Part shown: one piece after another, positions 1 to 8,548 of the stretch
Layout of the letters: each line of letters begins with the position of its first letter
How positions within the stretch are numbered: position 1 is the stretch's first letter
Source: Patescibacteria group bacterium
GTDB lineage: Bacteria > Patescibacteriota > Microgenomatia > UBA12405
Length of the DNA stretch: 64,000 nt
Assembly: GCA_018902845.1 (NCBI GenBank)
Contig: JAHIPV010000020.1
Span: forward strand, 10,810-74,809
Direction: 5' to 3'
Notes under the pieces: model-generated
The model's input: only the letters and a program-made list of their open reading frames with translations
Database searches by the model: none
Told to the model about the DNA's origin: nothing
Program-made: the position numbers and the translations under genes

Positions 1-1036
1 GATAATAATCATGCTGAATGTTGCCACCGGCGATTATGATGAAATAAAGACAAATTCCAAAAAGTGCAGCAAAACTGATTTTTTGAATATGTCTTTTTTT
101 GTAAATAAGGCCCAAAAAAAACGGTATGATGCCAAAAGTTCCCAGAATGAGTTTGGCAAGTCTTTCTGTAAATAACCAGCGGAACCAGTATGGTTTAAAA
201 GGAATAAGAGATTCTACGAAGCCGGACTCTGGATTGGGTTTCCAGTTGTTTTCGCTCAAAAATTTTCTTTGTTTGATAAAAAGCCATTTGTTGTAAGGGA
301 TGCCTTGGGGAAAATTTTGAATCCATTTTTGCCACAATAGAAATGGAATTAAAGATATAAGAGTAAATACAAGAAAGTGAAAAATAGTTTTCTTGTTTAA
401 TTTGCTTTTATATTTTTTTAGTCCGAGAACCAATAAAATTGGGAAAGCTACAATAATGGTGAATGGTTTTATTAAAATGGCAATGCTTAATGCCAGGCCT
501 GAAATGATTAGATTTTTTTCAAAAAGATAGAGCGAGAAAAGCATAAAAAAAATAGCCGTTGGTTCTGGTAATATGGTTCGAGAGTAGTAAATGTTAAACG
601 GTAAAAAAAGAAAAACTAACAGCGAAAGAAAAGCCGGCCAGAATTGGCTTGAATATTTTTTGACAAAAAGAAACAGAATATAAGAGGTCAGGATTGAGAA
701 AAGAATTGAGACAAGACGGGAACTGATTTCGATGGTGAATTGTGGGGAGATTGATTTTAAGATTTGATGGAGATTAGCGCAAATAATATTATAGATTGGC
801 AATTCAACCATGCGGTAACCGTTGGGATTATCGAGATTTGATTGGATATTTGAGATATCGTGATAAGTGGGGATAAAAAAAGTGCCGGTTTTATAAGTAA
901 GATTTTTTGTGACTGAAGCGGTATCCGCTTGTCTATGTGAATGCCAATCGGCAACTGGGGAATTTATTTTATAAAGACGGACTAAAAAACCCAGAGTAAT
1001 TGAGAATATTAATAAAAGTTTTTGATATGTTTTCAT
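1..1036 (-). CDS. GT-C (ArnT/PMT-like, GT39/83-type) membrane glycosyltransferase; 3' end beyond window edge
   Basis: Not in ORF track (runs off window). Manual translation from ATG 1036: MKTYQKLLLIFSITLGFLVRLYKINSPVADWHSHRQADTASV..., followed by many hydrophobic segments. Confidence 0.75.
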   Translation of the reverse strand, partial: MKTYQKLLLIFSITLGFLVRLYKINSPVADWHSHRQADTASVTKNLTYKTGTFFIPTYHDISNIQSNLDNPNGYRMVELPIYNIICANLHQILKSISPQFTIEISSRLVSILFSILTSYILFLFVKKYSSQFWPAFLSLLVFLFLPFNIYYSRTILPEPTAIFFMLFSLYLFEKNLIISGLALSIAILIKPFTIIVAFPILLVLGLKKYKSKLNKKTIFHFLVFTLISLIPFLLWQKWIQNFPQGIPYNKWLFIKQRKFLSENNWKPNPESGFVESLIPFKPYWFRWLFTERLAKLILGTFGIIPFFLGLIYKKRHIQKISFAALFGICLYFIIIAGGNIQHDYY

Positions 1037-1063
1037 TTTTTGGGGTTATAAATTTGTTTTATT

Positions 1064-1217
1064 CGTCATTCCGAGTGAACGAAGTGAATCGAGGAATCTC
1101 TGAAATTGTTTCAGAATTCCGACTTTGTCGGAGACCTCGCATTCGCGAGACCTGCCTGTCGGTAGGCATGGGATCCTTCGACTTCTCCGCCAGTTGGCGG
1201 ATTCGCTCAGGATGACA
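1064..1217. repeat. Composite CGTC/TGTC-ended REP-like palindromic element with nested mini-hairpins (intergenic)
   Basis: Ends CGTCATTCCGAG ... CTCAGGATGACA; internal hairpins TCCGACTTTGTCGGA, CTCGCATTCGCGAG, TGCCTGTCGGTAGGCA, TCCGCCAGTTGGCGGA. Confidence 0.85.
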
Positions 1218-1232
1218 GGTGTTATGTTTGTT

Positions 1233-2711
1233 TTATTCGTCATCCTGAACGTGAGTGAAGGATCTAGCGTTAGCGTTTATAATACGGCACTTTGTGCCTA
1301 GATTCTTCTCCCCCTGCGGGTGATCAGGATGACGACTGTAAAATTTTAAAATTTTGTAATAGATTCCTATCATAATCCAAAAAAGATAAGCGGTTTTGGA
1401 GGCTTCAAAAACATCAATAAAAATAGCGTTGGCCAAAGTGGTCAAAAGACAGGCTAAAAATATGTAAATAAGATAATTTTGGTTTTTCTTTAGAGAGTGA
1501 ATGAAGAACCAAAAGAGAATGATAAAGAATGACAAAAAACCAAAAATACCCGATTCGCCCAGGAGTCTTAGATAATCATTGTCGGTGGCCAGTGTGATTG
1601 AACCGAGGCCGGTGCCAAGTAATGGGTTTTTGTAAAAAGCATTAAGGGCGCGGGGCCACTCAACGTTAAATCTGATTTCTCCGGAGCGGGAGACTCCGGC
1701 ATCAATATCAACTTCCGGATATTCTGGTGGTGTTGGATGTCTAAAAATTGTGGGAATGGGGGTGGTTTTTGACTTTGGTGTTGGGATTGGGGAAATTTTG
1801 AGTTTTAGTGTTGGTTGTGGTGACGGGGATGGAAGGATTACCGTTACTGTTGGCTTTGGCTTGAGTGTTTGAATAGTGGCAACAAGGCGGTCATTTAGTT
1901 GGTCGGATTTAAATAAATTTAAAATAACCAAAAGAGAAACAGGAATAATCCAGATCTTTTTTTTGATAAACAGAAGCATAAATATAGCTCCTCCCCAAAA
2001 AGCAAAAATTGAAATGCGGGAGACGGTAAAAACAAGCAATTGAAATAAAATTAACCAGATTATTAGAATTGGGATTTTTAATAAGCTTTTTTTTGATTTG
2101 AGAGTTATTCCAAGGATTAAAACAAGAATCACACTAAGAAAGGCGGCTAAATCGTAGTGGCCGGCAAAAGCAGCACTGATTCTTGACCACTTGGTTAAAT
2201 TTAAGATATAGCCTTTGGAAAATTCCTCATTCATGGTTGAAATGATGGGCCAGTTGAAATATTTTTGGCCATAACCATAAAGAGCCACAAATATGGAAGC
2301 TATTATCAAGAAAAAGAAGGGATATTTCAGATCTTTTTTAGACTGAACAGCGTCTATGGCTACAAAAGCAACAAGCATATATTCGATACGGCGAAGAAAG
2401 TGAAGAATCAGCAAATTAACAGGAGTGGTTTTTAGAATTAATATGGCATGAAGAGTAGAAAGAAAAATACCAGCAAAGTAAATTAAAAATAGTTTAAAAA
2501 GTGGGTTTTTAAAAACGGGTAATCTTTTTTTAATTTGTAAGATTGCCCAGATTAGTATAGAAACAGAGATAATAATGTCGTCGAGGCGAATGGCAACATA
2601 TGTATTTTTGACTGTAGATAGTGGAAATTTAGGATAAAGAGGGATAAAGAGGATAAGGATGGCTAAGACTGGCCTTAAGATATTGAACTTTTTTGTTATA
2701 TTTTTGAACAT
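1233..2711 (-). CDS. O-antigen ligase/polymerase-like (Wzy_C) membrane protein
   Basis: Multi-TM; SRISI, RFNVEWPRAL...NPLLGTG...TDNDYLRLLGESG pattern; Pro/Thr-rich extracytoplasmic linker. Confidence 0.8.
   Translation of the reverse strand: MFKNITKKFNILRPVLAILILFIPLYPKFPLSTVKNTYVAIRLDDIIISVSILIWAILQIKKRLPVFKNPLFKLFLIYFAGIFLSTLHAILILKTTPVNLLILHFLRRIEYMLVAFVAIDAVQSKKDLKYPFFFLIIASIFVALYGYGQKYFNWPIISTMNEEFSKGYILNLTKWSRISAAFAGHYDLAAFLSVILVLILGITLKSKKSLLKIPILIIWLILFQLLVFTVSRISIFAFWGGAIFMLLFIKKKIWIIPVSLLVILNLFKSDQLNDRLVATIQTLKPKPTVTVILPSPSPQPTLKLKISPIPTPKSKTTPIPTIFRHPTPPEYPEVDIDAGVSRSGEIRFNVEWPRALNAFYKNPLLGTGLGSITLATDNDYLRLLGESGIFGFLSFFIILFWFFIHSLKKNQNYLIYIFLACLLTTLANAIFIDVFEASKTAYLFWIMIGIYYKILKFYSRHPDHPQGEKNLGTKCRIINANARSFTHVQDDE
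1238..1334. repeat. CGTC-type REP doublet forming the 3' end of the ligase-like gene
   Basis: CGTCATCCTGA ... TCAGGATGACG terminal inverted repeats; encodes RHPDHPQGEKN...RSFTHVQDD. Confidence 0.85.
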
Positions 2712-3721
2712 AAGTTGCGATAGTTAGGTTTTATTATACTGCGTAAAAGAATTCCCGTTTTAATAAATAGTTTGGCAGTTTTGTATTGAAGTATGGATTT
2801 GTGTTTTTTAAAAAATGCTAGGATACCCTTGTATTCGTTGATTAGTTTATTCTGGTGGTGAGTGGCCGAGGCGCCACCCAGGTGAATTATTTGAGGGCCG
2901 ATTAAATACCAGATTTGAGTTTTGGGGTCAGATTTTTTTATACGATAGCACCATTCCAGTTCTTCGGCATACATGAAATAATTTTTATCAAAACCTTTTG
3001 TTTGGTTTATGGTTGATTTTCTAATAAGCATAAAAGCAGCGGTAACCCAGTCCTGTTGATGGTCTTTTTTATAAAAATTATCGTGAGTATAAAATTGAGG
3101 AGTGTGAGGGTGAATTGGGGGGATGAGTTTATTTATTAATGGCAAATCATCAAGTCCGATGGACCAGGCTAGAGTGTTTAAAAGATTGGGAAAGAAACCT
3201 CCGGAAGCTTGAATGGATTTATCCTTGTTTAGTAATTGGGCCGTACAGATGGAAGCTTCCGGATGAGCTGAGAGCCAGTTTAAAGATTGGCTGATGGCCG
3301 AATGAAGAATTAGAGTATCGGAGTTGAGAAAAAGAACATAGTTACCCTTGGCTAGTTTGATTCCTTGATTATTGGCACGGGCAAAACCTATATTTCGATT
3401 GTTTTTAATGATTGTAAAGTTAGGAACGTCATTCTGAGCAGAGCGAAGAATCTCAAGGGGATCCTTCTCCCCCTGCGGGTGATCAGGATGACGTTGTGTA
3501 AAAAATTTTTTGATAGCGGAAACTGAATCGTCTTTTGAGGCGTTGTCAATAACTATTATTTCGGTAGGGGTTTTGTGATCATCCTCCACAGGCGGACTAC
3601 GCGTTCGCTTGTTTTTTAGATTAAATTCCAGGCCTTTGTCTTTTAAAATTGATCTAAGGCAATCAATGGTAATTTTACTGGTATTGTAGGAAATAACGAT
3701 GATGGATAAAACGGGATTCAT
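2696..3721 (-). CDS. GT2 glycosyltransferase (WbbL-like rhamnosyltransferase family) with two in-frame repeat insertions
   Basis: SIIVISYN, IDNASKD, NIGFARANN, FLNSD, FMYAEE; start moved to ATG 3721 because the track's upstream extension lies in a REP. Confidence 0.85.
   Translation of the reverse strand: MNPVLSIIVISYNTSKITIDCLRSILKDKGLEFNLKNKRTRSPPVEDDHKTPTEIIVIDNASKDDSVSAIKKFFTQRHPDHPQGEKDPLEILRSAQNDVPNFTIIKNNRNIGFARANNQGIKLAKGNYVLFLNSDTLILHSAISQSLNWLSAHPEASICTAQLLNKDKSIQASGGFFPNLLNTLAWSIGLDDLPLINKLIPPIHPHTPQFYTHDNFYKKDHQQDWVTAAFMLIRKSTINQTKGFDKNYFMYAEELEWCYRIKKSDPKTQIWYLIGPQIIHLGGASATHHQNKLINEYKGILAFFKKHKSILQYKTAKLFIKTGILLRSIIKPNYRNLCSKI
3427..3493. repeat. CGTC-type REP doublet inserted in frame in GT2
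   Basis: CGTCATTCTGAG ... TCAGGATGACG; near-identical to intergenic copy 3737-3803; encodes RHPDHPQGEKDPLEILRSAQND. Confidence 0.9.
3582..3614. repeat. Short TCCNCC-NNA-GGCGGACT repeat, in-frame insertion
   Basis: Close copy at 5690-5722 (NKRTRSPPVE vs NKQTRSPPLVE) and partial intergenic copy 8512-8529. Confidence 0.75.
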
Positions 3722-3736
3722 ATTCAATGTTTTGTT

Positions 3737-3803
3737 CGTCATTCTGAACGAAGTGAAGAATCTCAATGGGATCCTTCTCCCCCTGCGGGTGATCAGGATG
3801 ACG
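3737..3803. repeat. CGTC-type REP doublet; supplies TGA stop of upstream gene
   Basis: 67-bp near copy of 3427-3493. Confidence 0.9.
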
Positions 3804-4353
3804 TGGGTGTTTGTTTTTTTGAAAATATAGATTTGTAAGTGTGGAAAGCGAAAAATAAAAAGGTTTCGAGAGATAAAAAGACGATTAGTCTATTGATAGG
3901 ATTAGTAGGAAAATGGCGGAGAGTAATCTTGGTTTTGAATTCCTGTTTTCCCACCATTAATCTGTTTTTAGCTCTTTTTTCCGGTATGGTAAATACGTCT
4001 TTTTCCCATTCAAAACCATTTATATATAAAGATTCTTTAAAAGGGATAATGATTTCTTCTAAGTAATAAGTTTGGATTGTGTCTTTTATAATTTCTTTGG
4101 CTTTTTCGGGGCGGTGGTTGATTTTTATGCTTAAGGGATGTTTTTTTTGGTAAGTGTTTACATAAAAATCTATAATTTGTTGCCTTTCTTGATCATTGTA
4201 AAAAGCTTTGACATTGGGAATTTGAACTGTATCACCCGGTTCGACAGATTTTAGTGAGTTAGGAAGATCTAGAATTTCAGGAGTGGGAATAAAAAGATAA
4301 TAGAGAGCAAGAGAATTAAAGATAATAAAAAGCAATATTTTTAGTTTTGACAT
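3793..4353 (-). CDS. Hypothetical protein with N- and C-terminal TM anchors
   Basis: 186-aa ORF tightly packed in operon; hydrophobic ends. Confidence 0.7.
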   Translation of the reverse strand: MSKLKILLFIIFNSLALYYLFIPTPEILDLPNSLKSVEPGDTVQIPNVKAFYNDQERQQIIDFYVNTYQKKHPLSIKINHRPEKAKEIIKDTIQTYYLEEIIIPFKESLYINGFEWEKDVFTIPEKRAKNRLMVGKQEFKTKITLRHFPTNPINRLIVFLSLETFLFFAFHTYKSIFSKKQTPTSS

Positions 4354-4357
4354 TACT

Positions 4358-4951
4358 TTACTGAAATAGCATGGGTCGGCCGAGCCGGTAACTTGGGTTT
4401 TTATTTTTTCTTTGTCCTATTTTTTTGGCTGGGACTCCGGCCCAGATTTCAAAATCAGGAATGTTTTTTGTTACCACTGCTCCGGCGGCTACAATTGCCC
4501 CTTTACCGATGGTGACATTGGGAAGAATAGTGGTTCGAGGGCCGATAAAAACATAGTCTTTTATAGTAACCGGTCCGTATTGATTTTCAAACTTCTTTGA
4601 ATGAATGTTGTGCTGATTAGTGTAGATTAAAACCTGGCTGGCTATGTCAACATGGTTGCCGATAGTAAGCTGGCCACGACCGTCCAAAAAAGCGTTATTT
4701 CCTACGATAGTCCCCTGCCCTATTTTTATTTTTGATGGTTTAAAAAAATTAGCACCAAGATGAATAGTGGAATTCCAAGGTAGTTCTATACCGGAGATGA
4801 TGTAGAAGAATTTGCGGATGGTGTGGGAAGGAATGTGTCCGATTATTTTTAAAATCAACAGCCAGAATTCGGAAAGAATGGTAAGAATGCGATTGGTGGC
4901 TTTTGGGATAAGGTTTTGAAAAGTGACTGGTTTGCCAATATAAGATTGCAT
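4358..4951 (-). CDS. Left-handed beta-helix O-acyltransferase (maltose/galactoside acetyltransferase-like)
   Basis: Hexapeptide repeats, IGKGAIVAAGAVVTK, WAGVPAK. Confidence 0.9.
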   Translation of the reverse strand: MQSYIGKPVTFQNLIPKATNRILTILSEFWLLILKIIGHIPSHTIRKFFYIISGIELPWNSTIHLGANFFKPSKIKIGQGTIVGNNAFLDGRGQLTIGNHVDIASQVLIYTNQHNIHSKKFENQYGPVTIKDYVFIGPRTTILPNVTIGKGAIVAAGAVVTKNIPDFEIWAGVPAKKIGQRKNKNPSYRLGRPMLFQ

Positions 4952-5006
4952 GGGTTAATTATAGTTGTTTTTGAGTTTTTATGCCACTGATGATATAATT
5001 GTTTAT

Positions 5007-5222
5007 ATGGGTACAACTAAGTGTGTTGAGTGCTTAGTGATTGGGTTGGGAAAATTGAGAGTTTTGGATGTGGAAAATAGGACCTATTTTAGAGGAGCTA
5101 GGCCAGATGGGAAATATTTACGTGTTAGTTTGAAGACTAAATTGCCTGTCAGGGGGGTTTTAATTGCTCGTGGTGGTGTTCCCATGGAAGGCACTACTGA
5201 TATTTTAGTTTTTCCAGATTAA
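5007..5222 (+). CDS. Small hypothetical protein
   Basis: ATG 5007 preceded by extended -10 TGATATAAT (4991-4999); opposite strand to neighbours; flanked by 43-bp direct repeat. Confidence 0.5.
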   Translation: MGTTKCVECLVIGLGKLRVLDVENRTYFRGARPDGKYLRVSLKTKLPVRGVLIARGGVPMEGTTDILVFPD

Positions 5223-5325
5223 GAGCGGTGTGTGGTTTTGGTTTAAAATCTTTTTTTGACCCAGTCGATAAGTTTGCCGATGTAAGATTGTATGAATTAA
5301 TTAAAGTTGTTTTTATGGATTTTGG

Positions 5326-6459
5326 CTATTTTTTGATTTCGATTGAATTAAATACCTGAATTATTCGTTTGGCGGCGATTGACCAAGTAAAATTTTTTGA
5401 GTTTTTTTGTCCCAGTTTGGAATATTTTTGGTGAATTTTGGGATTAATGATTTGGCGTATGGCGTTGACCAGCTCATCTTGTTTTCTTGGATTAAAAAAA
5501 ATAGCAGAATTACCAAGAACTTCTTTTAGTATAGAAATATTACTAGCCAAAACCGGAGTACCCAGTTTTTGGGCTTCGATGGCAATAATACCAAAGCCTT
5601 CGTAAGTACTGGGAATAACTAGGGCTTTGGCGTTTTTTAGCAAAACCCATTTTTGTTTTTCTGTGATGTAATCTGTAAAAATTATTTGTTCCACCAAAGG
5701 CGGACTGCGCGTTTGCTTGTTTGCGAGGTTTAATTTTTTGACGGTGGAAAAAATATTGTTAAAAAGCCAGCCTTTTTTACCGGCAATAACGAGTTGAAGA
5801 GAAGGAGAATTTTTCTTTGAGAATGATTTGATTAAAAATGGAATGTTTTTGGAAGGTTTAAGAGTGCCAAAATGAAGAAGATAGGGTTTTTGAATTTTAA
5901 ATTTTGATAGGATTAGCCTGCTTTGTTTGGCGGTGGTAGATATGGGAGTGGAAACGCCCGGATAAGCAACGGTAATTTTTTCTGTTTGGATGTTATATTT
6001 TTTTATAATTTGTCTTTTGGTGAATTTGGAGATGGCAATTATGTGGCTGGCTTTTTTGATTGAATGGTTGGTCCAATTAGTTAGTTGATATAGGTCTTTT
6101 TTAGTAAATTGGCCAGGATATCTTAAAAAGCCTAGATCCATTATGGAACAGATAGTGGGGCAGGAGGAAAAATAAGGTGAATAGTGGCTGAGTGAGAAAA
6201 AAAGGTCCAAAGGTGTGTTTTGGGTATACAGTTTAATAGGCAGAGCAAGTCGAGTCCAAAGTTTTTTGGGTCCAAATACACAATATTGCCAGTTTTTGGA
6301 TGGTTTTGGTAGATCATAAAGAGGCGGATTTTTTAGGTAGATGATGTAATTGTTGGTTTTGTCCAGCTTGTGAATATGAGTAAGAATATTGTAAGCATAT
6401 TGACCGATACCGACGCGATCCTTTATGTTTGCTTCGTTGCCATCGATTCCTATTAGCAT
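5326..6459 (-). CDS. GT4 glycosyltransferase (WbdA/MtfB-like)
   Basis: GTLKPSKN, PSTYEGFGIIAIEA, FTW motifs. Confidence 0.9.
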   Translation of the reverse strand: MLIGIDGNEANIKDRVGIGQYAYNILTHIHKLDKTNNYIIYLKNPPLYDLPKPSKNWQYCVFGPKKLWTRLALPIKLYTQNTPLDLFFSLSHYSPYFSSCPTICSIMDLGFLRYPGQFTKKDLYQLTNWTNHSIKKASHIIAISKFTKRQIIKKYNIQTEKITVAYPGVSTPISTTAKQSRLILSKFKIQKPYLLHFGTLKPSKNIPFLIKSFSKKNSPSLQLVIAGKKGWLFNNIFSTVKKLNLANKQTRSPPLVEQIIFTDYITEKQKWVLLKNAKALVIPSTYEGFGIIAIEAQKLGTPVLASNISILKEVLGNSAIFFNPRKQDELVNAIRQIINPKIHQKYSKLGQKNSKNFTWSIAAKRIIQVFNSIEIKK

Positions 6460-6467
6460 AATTTAAT

Positions 6468-6527
6468 TAAATCATAAATTCTAATATCTAAATTCTAAAT
6501 AATTTCAAAATTCAAATGTTCAAAACT
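6468..6527. repeat. 60-bp AT-rich element with ~7-nt periodicity, upstream of a minus-strand start
   Basis: Near copy at 48623-48682. Confidence 0.75.
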
Positions 6528-6607
6528 CTAAACAATTTTAAACAATTTTAAATAACTTTGTATTTTAGACAGGTTACAAACCTATTTCCAGACAAATATT
6601 GTTTTTT

Positions 6608-6635
6608 GCGGGCGACCGCAAGGGTCGCCCCTACA
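6608..6635 (-). repeat. GTAG-type REP; provides TAG stop of GT4 gene
   Basis: Minus strand TGTAGGGGCGACCCTTGCGGTCGCCCGC; copies at 7236-7263, 12273-12299, 48730-48757. Confidence 0.9.
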
Positions 6636-7833
6636 GTAGCATTTTTTTGTAAATTTGCAATGTTTGGTGGGCGGTTTTGGTCCAGGAGAATTTGGAGGCT
6701 TGAATTAGACCTTTTTTGATGAGGGATTGGTGAAGCTTGGGAGAAATAGCTATTTTTTGAATAGCATTTTTAATGCTTTGGGTGGATTTTGGATTGATTA
6801 AAATTGTGGCGTTACCGGCTACTTCCGGCATGGAAGAAGTGTTGCTGGTGATAACCGGAGTACCGATAGACATGGCTTTTAGAATTGGCAATCCAAAACC
6901 TTCGTAAAGAGATGGATAAATAAGGGCGATAGCAGCGGCGTGAAGTGGAACCATGTCTTTTTCGGGAATATAGCCAAGAATTTTTATGGAGGATTGTTGA
7001 CAGATCCCTCGACTACGCTTCCAGCCAGAGGCGGACGCGGCGGGATGACATATGTCATTTCCCCAGCCGTATTTACCGGCGATGGCCAGTTGAAGGTTTG
7101 AGGTTGGATGTAAAAGTTTGAAGTTAGTAAATGCTTTGATTAATCGTGAGAGGTTTTTGCGGGGTTCACGGGTGCCTTGGGCGAGAATAAAATCGTCTAA
7201 TCCATATTTTTTCTTGATTTGATTAATTTGAATTTGCGGGCGACCGCAAGGGTCGCCCCTACACTTTTGTTTGAGTTGGTAAAATTTGGAATATTTTTTG
7301 GCTACGGCTTCGTAAATTACCGATGTAGTGTTGGAATTAATTTTTGGGAAAAGTTTAAGCAAATCTTTTTGAGTGTTTTTTGAAACACAAATAAAATGAG
7401 AACAGTGTTTTGTGGCTAGTTTCATTTTTTGAGTATGGGTGGAGATTATTTTTTGATCAAGCCATTGAGGATATATAAAAGGGGTAAGGTCGTGTATGGT
7501 GGTAATTAATTTAGCTTGTCTAGCTGGTGGTTGAGTCCAGTCAGAGGTATGAAAAACGTCGCATTTACCGATGAATGATTCTACGGGGAGAATATGGAGT
7601 TTGTTGAAAAGAATTTCTAGGAGTGTTATGGGTAGACGAAAATGAAAAATTTTTACATTAGAATGTTTTTTTAGCTTTTTGATTTCTGGTGGTAGTGGTT
7701 GACGGAGAGATGAAAAAAAAAGTTTATAAGTATTGGTTTTGTCTATTTTGACAAGATTTTTGACTAATTCTCGTGTGTAATTAGAAACTCCGGTGCCATA
7801 AGGGATAGATGAAATATCAATACCAATGATCAT
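6631..7833 (-). CDS. GT4 glycosyltransferase with two in-frame repeat insertions
   Basis: GTREPRKN, YPSLYEGFGLPILKAM, FSW; inserts CRGDPCGRP and CHPAASASGWKRSRGI. Confidence 0.9.
   Translation of the reverse strand: MIIGIDISSIPYGTGVSNYTRELVKNLVKIDKTNTYKLFFSSLRQPLPPEIKKLKKHSNVKIFHFRLPITLLEILFNKLHILPVESFIGKCDVFHTSDWTQPPARQAKLITTIHDLTPFIYPQWLDQKIISTHTQKMKLATKHCSHFICVSKNTQKDLLKLFPKINSNTTSVIYEAVAKKYSKFYQLKQKCRGDPCGRPQIQINQIKKKYGLDDFILAQGTREPRKNLSRLIKAFTNFKLLHPTSNLQLAIAGKYGWGNDICHPAASASGWKRSRGICQQSSIKILGYIPEKDMVPLHAAAIALIYPSLYEGFGLPILKAMSIGTPVITSNTSSMPEVAGNATILINPKSTQSIKNAIQKIAISPKLHQSLIKKGLIQASKFSWTKTAHQTLQIYKKMLL
7002..7050. repeat. TGTC-type single REP unit, in-frame insertion
   Basis: AGATCCCTCGACT ... 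CGGGATGACA with nested GGCGGA hairpin. Confidence 0.75.
7236..7263 (-). repeat. GTAG-type REP, in-frame insertion
   Basis: Identical to 6608-6635; encodes CRGDPCGRP. Confidence 0.9.
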
Positions 7834-7836
7834 GTT

Positions 7837-8097
7837 TTAGATAACTGTTTGAAAACTCCAGTTGTCTTTGTTTAATAAGACGGCCATTACCATGTTTTTA
7901 CTTCCTGTTTTTAACATTTTTTTCCCAAGTTTCCATGAACGTTGATATAAATTGCTGTTGACAGTGTCTATGGGGATTATTAGGGGTTGGGGTGGTAATT
8001 TTTTGAGAACTTGTGGATGTTCTAATAAATACTCGTTCATTTGATCCAAGAGGCGTTCGTTTGATTGATTTGATAATTTGTTAGTTTTTGTTTTCAT
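7837..8097 (-). CDS. Small protein, DUF5647-like putative antitoxin
   Basis: 86 aa, EYLLEHPQVLKKLP pattern recalled from that family; overlaps upstream partner. Confidence 0.5.
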   Translation of the reverse strand: MKTKTNKLSNQSNERLLDQMNEYLLEHPQVLKKLPPQPLIIPIDTVNSNLYQRSWKLGKKMLKTGSKNMVMAVLLNKDNWSFQTVI

Positions 8098-8491
8098 TTT
8101 TTTTAATGGTTTTCAAATAAATTCTAACATGTTTATTGTAATTTTTCCTTAAATATTTTCTTGTCCAAGATAGTGCTGTTTTTAAATCTTTAATTGGTGG
8201 GATATTTTCTAGGTTTTGTTTTCTTTTTAATAAATTATTGTAAATATGTCCGTGGAGATATATTTTTCCTTTGTGAAAAGTGTCAAAAACTAAAACATGT
8301 TTCCATTTATTCTGTATTAGACGAAGAAGTATGATTTTGAAATATAAAACCTCTTTTTTGTTTTTTGGATTGAGTTTGATTTTAATTATTTCTTTTGTTT
8401 TACCAGACCATCCCCTAAATGTTTCATAGCTGTGATCAAATTTTTTTGGTGGAAGTTTTGGAACTTTGGGATATTTATTTTTCTTAACCAT
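8081..8491 (-). CDS. Small basic protein, putative toxin partner (FDTFH...HGH motif)
   Basis: 136 aa; two-gene overlapping architecture interrupting a GT run. Confidence 0.5.
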   Translation of the reverse strand: MVKKNKYPKVPKLPPKKFDHSYETFRGWSGKTKEIIKIKLNPKNKKEVLYFKIILLRLIQNKWKHVLVFDTFHKGKIYLHGHIYNNLLKRKQNLENIPPIKDLKTALSWTRKYLRKNYNKHVRIYLKTIKKNENKN

Positions 8492-8548
8492 TTCAATAAA
8501 TCTAAAATCTATCCACCACAGGCGGACTGAAGAATTTCTAAATAAATT

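Noticed and set aside
1000-1243. Short ORFs 1000-1215 (+) and 1046-1243 (-)
   Set aside because: Made largely of palindromic repeat sequence, which is often open by chance
1720-1870. Pro/Thr-rich low-complexity stretch as a repeat element
   Set aside because: No DNA-level unit repeat; ordinary extracytoplasmic linker
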